10,076 nt of DNA, taken from assembly GCA_027001995.1 (NCBI GenBank), contig JALTLO010000175.1, positions 1 through 10,076 of the forward strand. The letters are read 5' to 3'. Every line of letters begins with the position of its first letter. The first letter of the stretch is position 1. The position numbers and the translations under genes were made by a program. This stretch comes from Planctomycetota bacterium (GTDB lineage: Bacteria; Planctomycetota; GCA-002687715; DRQF01). Positions 6,084 through 10,076 of the stretch are shown here, one piece after another. Under the pieces are notes generated by a model, which saw nothing but the letters and a program-made list of their open reading frames with translations, had not been told where the DNA came from and did no database searches.

Positions 6084-8786
6084 GTGAAACTCGAGTTGAT
6101 TCTAACCCCGGTTGGTCATCTACGTTTCCAACAAGACGATGGGAACGGAGATGAAAGTGACAAAGGATGGATTCGCCGGGTTGCGGCTGCTTTTTCCGAA
6201 TCTTCCTCCGAAGGACTCTTTGCCCTTGCTGCCGCACGGCCAGACATGCTGTTGCCCCCCTCCCTTGTCTTTTGGCGGAGCTTTGCGAGCCGCTATCTGA
6301 CTGAACTTTGCCGGACACCAGAACTTGGCGACGGCCAGTTGCACCCGATCAAGACTCCGAACGATGCCGACATCGAGTCGATCCTGGTATCGGCCCCCCC
6401 ACTGCTCGGTGGAGAATACTTGACCGCCGAGGTCATTTGCGCCTTGTGGAGAGATTTGGACACGTGGCTGGGCGCAGAAGTCGCGGCTTCAAATGACAAT
6501 CTGGCCCAGTGGCTCAAGAAGCACGCCGCCATGTGGCATCAGGTCGGTCGGGTTTGTTTTCATCTTGCAGAAAACAAGAATGACTCCGGGTACCCTTTCG
6601 CTTTTCTGGCGACCTATACACCTCGCCTTTCCAAGGGGGGGCGCTTGCAATACCAGCCTCTCGGAAAGGCCTTACAAGAATACGCAGGTGCCCGAAACAA
6701 ACAGGCCTTGGTCAATTTGCTTTCTCCGGTGCAACGGGCGGCAGACAAGATCGATTTCGTCAAGAAGCTTGTCGAATCGGGCGACGTGTTTCACCCATTG
6801 GCGTGGACCCCGGATGAAGCTTATTTGTTACTGAAGAACGTGCAATTACTCGAGGAAAGTGGTCTTCTGGTTCGACTTCCCGACTGGTGGCGTAAACGTC
6901 CGCGGCCACGAGTGTCAGTGACCATTGGTGGCACCAAGAAGCGAAGCCGTTTTAACACCAATGCCATGTTGGACTTCAAGATTGGCTATGCCTTGGGCAA
7001 TGAAAGTCTGACCGAGAAAGAATGGCGCAAAATCATGGAATCGGCTGACGGTCTTGCTTTCGTGAAAGGACAGTGGATCGAGGTCGACCGCGAAAAACTC
7101 TCTCAGGCGCTTGCACACTGGAAGAATGTAGAAGCCGCCAACGGGGCAGGGGTTTCATTCAATGAGGGCATGCGGCTTCTTGCGGGTGCACCAGCAAAAC
7201 TCAAGGCGGAGGGGTCGCTTGGTGAAGAAGAACAGGCGTGGTCATCGCTAAAAGCAGGCAAGTGGCTTTCGGAACTTGTTTCAAACCTGCGCGATCCATC
7301 AAAGTCAAATAGCCGAGGTCCCAGCAAGAACCTTCATGGGACTCTTCGACCCTACCAGGAAATCGGCCACAAGTGGCTTTGGCTCTTGACGAATCTCGGA
7401 TTGGGCGCCTGTCTTGCCGATGACATGGGATTAGGAAAGACCATCCAAATGATATCCCTGTTGTTGACAATGAAAGAAGAACGAAAAGCGCAAAGCAAGC
7501 CATCTTTACTGGTGCTTCCTGCGTCTCTTCTCTCCAATTGGAAAGCAGAGCTAAGAAAGTTTGCACCGACGATCGAGGCCAGCTTCGTCCATCCGTCAGA
7601 AATGGACAAGGCCAATCTGATGAAGATAGGTGAACAGTCGGGCAAAATGCTCAAGAGCACCGATGTCGTTGTGACCACCTACGGCATGCTGCTCAGGCAG
7701 AACTGGTTACTCGACTTGAAGTGGCGGCTGGTGATCTTGGACGAGGCACAGGCCATCAAGAATCCAGCTTCCCGCCAAACGAAGGCAGTCAAGAAACTGA
7801 ATTCCGAATCCCGAATCGCGCTGACCGGAACGCCGGTCGAAAATCGACTCTCTGATTTGTGGTCCCTGTTTGATTTTCTCTGTCCAGGTCTTTTGGGTTC
7901 GGCCGCAACATTCAAGAAATTCGTGAAGACTTTGGAAGCCCGGCATCATGATCAGTACGCCCCCCTGAGAAATCTGGTCAGGCCCTATGTCTTGAGGCGC
8001 CTTAAGACTGATAAGAGCATCATCACCGATCTTCCCGACAAAACAGAGGTGAAGGCATTTTGCGGCTTGGCCAAAAAACAGGCGGTCCTCTATGCCAAGT
8101 CCGTGGGAGAGCTCGGTGCGGAGCTTGACGGACTTGATGGCATGAGCCGTCGCGGCCTAGTCCTTGCCTACCTCATGAGATTCAAACAGATCTGTAACCA
8201 CCCCAGTCAGTTCCTTGGCGATGGAGACTATGATCCGAAAGACAGCGGCAAGTTTGAACGACTTCGTTCGATCTGTGAAGAAATCGCTTCCCGCCAAGAG
8301 AAGGTTTTGGTGTTCACTCAGTTTCGCGAGATGACCGAACCGATTGCATCGTTCCTTGGCAATGTTTTTGGCCGTGATGGCCTCATTCTGCATGGCGGAA
8401 CAGCAGTCAAGAAACGCAAGAGCTTGATCGATCAGTTTCAAAGAGAGGGTGGCCCGCCCTTCTTCGTTCTCTCACTCAAGGCCGGCGGCACAGGTCTTAC
8501 TTTGACCGCAGCATCGCATGTGATACATTTCGACCGATGGTGGAATCCAGCTGTCGAAAACCAAGCCACCGACAGGGCTTTTCGTATCGGACAGCACCGA
8601 AACGTCGTAGTCCACAAATTCATCGCTCGCGGAACGGTCGAGGAAAAGATTGACGCCCTGATCGAAGACAAGAGCAACCTCGCCGACGATATTCTGAAGG
8701 CCGGGGCAGAATCCAAGTTGACCGAGATGAGCAACGAGGAGCTACTCAAGATAGTCGCCCTCGATGTCAACAGAGCAACAGCATAG
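6084..8786 (+). CDS. SNF2-family (SF2) helicase/ATPase, SWIM-partnered type
   Basis: LRPYQ (Q motif), CLADDMGLGKT (I), ILDEAQAIKN (II), ALTGTPVENRL (III), LVFTQF (IV), SLKAGGTGLTLT (V), WWNPAVENQATDRAFRIGQ (VI). GTG 6084 has AAGGA 6 nt upstream; ATG 6069 is the alternative start. Confidence 0.95.
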   Translation: MKLELILTPVGHLRFQQDDGNGDESDKGWIRRVAAAFSESSSEGLFALAAARPDMLLPPSLVFWRSFASRYLTELCRTPELGDGQLHPIKTPNDADIESILVSAPPLLGGEYLTAEVICALWRDLDTWLGAEVAASNDNLAQWLKKHAAMWHQVGRVCFHLAENKNDSGYPFAFLATYTPRLSKGGRLQYQPLGKALQEYAGARNKQALVNLLSPVQRAADKIDFVKKLVESGDVFHPLAWTPDEAYLLLKNVQLLEESGLLVRLPDWWRKRPRPRVSVTIGGTKKRSRFNTNAMLDFKIGYALGNESLTEKEWRKIMESADGLAFVKGQWIEVDREKLSQALAHWKNVEAANGAGVSFNEGMRLLAGAPAKLKAEGSLGEEEQAWSSLKAGKWLSELVSNLRDPSKSNSRGPSKNLHGTLRPYQEIGHKWLWLLTNLGLGACLADDMGLGKTIQMISLLLTMKEERKAQSKPSLLVLPASLLSNWKAELRKFAPTIEASFVHPSEMDKANLMKIGEQSGKMLKSTDVVVTTYGMLLRQNWLLDLKWRLVILDEAQAIKNPASRQTKAVKKLNSESRIALTGTPVENRLSDLWSLFDFLCPGLLGSAATFKKFVKTLEARHHDQYAPLRNLVRPYVLRRLKTDKSIITDLPDKTEVKAFCGLAKKQAVLYAKSVGELGAELDGLDGMSRRGLVLAYLMRFKQICNHPSQFLGDGDYDPKDSGKFERLRSICEEIASRQEKVLVFTQFREMTEPIASFLGNVFGRDGLILHGGTAVKKRKSLIDQFQREGGPPFFVLSLKAGGTGLTLTAASHVIHFDRWWNPAVENQATDRAFRIGQHRNVVVHKFIARGTVEEKIDALIEDKSNLADDILKAGAESKLTEMSNEELLKIVALDVNRATA

Positions 8787-8798
8787 GAAGCACAGAAG

Positions 8799-9857
8799 AT
8801 GAGCAGGAATGACAATTGGAAACCCTATGTTTCGGTTGCGAAGCGTCGCGCTCGTGCTGCGAAGCAGATGGCTAAGTTACGAAAAAAAGGACTCGACGTT
8901 CAGCCAGTAGAGATTGAGGGTCGTAAAATCGCTCGAACATTCTGGGGCGAAGCTTGGTGCGAGCACTTGGAGTCATTCAGCGATTACGAAAACCGCCTGC
9001 CTCGGGGGCGGACCTATGTCCGCAATGGTTCTGTATGCCACCTTGCCGTGAGCCAGGGCGAAGTCAACGCCATGGTCAATGGCTCAAGACTCTACAACGT
9101 AAAGATAGAAATCAAGACGCTTGCCAAGAAGAAATGGCAGAGGCTCAAAGAACAATGTAGCGGAGAAATTGGCTCGCTTATCGAGCTTCTTCAAGGCCGT
9201 TTGTCGAAAAACGTGATGCGAGTCGTCACCGACAGCCAGAAGGGTTTGTTCCCTCATCCCAAGGAAATCGGTTTGTCTTGCAATTGCCCTGACTGGGCTA
9301 CTATGTGTAAACACGTGGCGGCAGTCCTCTATGGCGTGGGCGCACGACTTGATGAAAAACCGGAGTTGCTGTTTCGCTTGCGAGGCGTTGACCAGAATGA
9401 ATTGATCGGCGCTGGCATTGATGTGAAGAGTGCTACGGAAAAAGCGAGGGGCGGTCGCAGACGCATCGCGGATGACGCTTTGGCCGGCGTTTTCGGCATC
9501 GATTTGCCAGACAATGAAAATCTAACTCAGCCCAAGCCCCGAGGGCGCCCGAAGACAAAGAAAGTGCCCAAGTCCAAGAAGGCGTCGGCCCCACGCAAGA
9601 AGGCCAAAAAAGTATCGCCTCGAACGGCTCAAAAATCTGGCCCAATTACCGGAAAGTCCATCACCAATTTGCGCGAGAAATTTGCCATGACAAAGAGCGA
9701 ATTCGCCATGTTGCTTGATGTCAGTGGATCCACCATTGGAAGCTGGGAAAAGAAAGCAAGCAAAACGCTGAGGCTTCAGCCTCGTTCTCTCGAAGCCTGG
9801 ACTTCAGCCAAGAAACTGTCGAAACGTAAAGCGTGGGCGCAACTGAATAAACCATAG
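8799..9857 (+). CDS. SWIM zinc-finger protein with Lys-rich linker and C-terminal XRE/Cro-type HTH
   Basis: TFWGEAW..ENRLPRGRTYVRNGSV N-domain. SWIM CxC-x6-CxH: CNCPDWATMCKH (9279-9314), followed by LDEKPELLFRLRG. A K/R/P-rich linker leads to ITNLREKFAMTKSEFAMLLDVSGSTIGSWEK (HTH). The gene starts 12 bp after the SNF2 stop, with AGGAAG as RBS. Confidence 0.88.
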   Translation: MSRNDNWKPYVSVAKRRARAAKQMAKLRKKGLDVQPVEIEGRKIARTFWGEAWCEHLESFSDYENRLPRGRTYVRNGSVCHLAVSQGEVNAMVNGSRLYNVKIEIKTLAKKKWQRLKEQCSGEIGSLIELLQGRLSKNVMRVVTDSQKGLFPHPKEIGLSCNCPDWATMCKHVAAVLYGVGARLDEKPELLFRLRGVDQNELIGAGIDVKSATEKARGGRRRIADDALAGVFGIDLPDNENLTQPKPRGRPKTKKVPKSKKASAPRKKAKKVSPRTAQKSGPITGKSITNLREKFAMTKSEFAMLLDVSGSTIGSWEKKASKTLRLQPRSLEAWTSAKKLSKRKAWAQLNKP

Positions 9858-9967
9858 ATCCTCGAATTTCTATCAGGTCGCCCAGAAACCAAAAAATGCC
9901 CTATGGGATTTGCAGGGCTTCAATGACTGGCAACGAATCTTCACGATGAAGCTTCCGAGTCCGAGTC

Positions 9968-10015
9968 CATCGTTCACACCGACGAGGTCACAAGTTCAAG
10001 TCTTGTATCGCCCAC
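9968..10015 (+). mobile_element. 3' half of tRNA-Val(CAC): probable attachment-site (att) duplication or tRNA pseudogene
   Basis: CATCG-TTCACAC-CGACG (anticodon arm, CAC, one mismatch), AGGTC (variable loop), ACAAG-TTCAAGT-CTTGT (perfect T arm), ATCGCCC-A-C (3' acceptor strand plus discriminator). The required 5' GGGCGAT and D arm are not present upstream. Confidence 0.8.
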
Positions 10016-10027
10016 TTACATAAGTCC

Positions 10028-10075
10028 AGCCGACGCGAGTGTTTCGCGTACCTGCCGCTTGCGGCAGCTGCGGCT
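10028..10075. other. Branched GC-rich stem-loop structure (terminator-like or structured repeat), at window edge
   Basis: AGCCG/CGGCT closes two hairpins: ACGCGA-GTGTT-TCGCGT and CTGCCG-CTTG-CGGCAG. Confidence 0.5.
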
Positions 10076-10076
10076 C

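Noticed and set aside
190..9645. Numerous minus-strand and alternate-frame ORFs of 60-165 aa (e.g. 4378-4875, 1141-1569, 5626-6009, 8438-8815)
   Set aside because: They are shadows of well-supported + strand genes or the pseudogene and contain no recognisable motifs.
9941..10017. Complete functional tRNA-Val gene
   Set aside because: The acceptor stem pairs only 4/7, and there is no U8, D-loop GG or D stem.

Overview
Bacterial window in which all credible genes lie on the + strand. It has four blocks. (1) A 5'-truncated MglA-family small GTPase with an unusual ~200-aa Pro/Ala-rich tail ending in a single C-terminal membrane helix, followed by an MglB (Roadblock/LC7) gene. (2) A stand-alone class II Fic protein with a C-terminal HTH, preceded by two tandem copies of a 31-bp palindromic operator-like site. 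(3) A putative four-gene signalling cluster: orphan NuoE-like [2Fe-2S] protein, ECF sigma factor, Cys-less membrane anti-sigma with a LolA/RseB-like outer domain, and a YcgN-like CxxCxxCC protein. (4) An accessory-looking segment: a frameshifted DUF4143 ATPase/nuclease remnant, a SNF2 helicase plus a SWIM zinc-finger partner carrying an extra XRE-type HTH, then the 3' half of a tRNA-Val(CAC) (probable att scar) and a branched hairpin. Family assignments come from recognising motifs by eye; no database searches were run.
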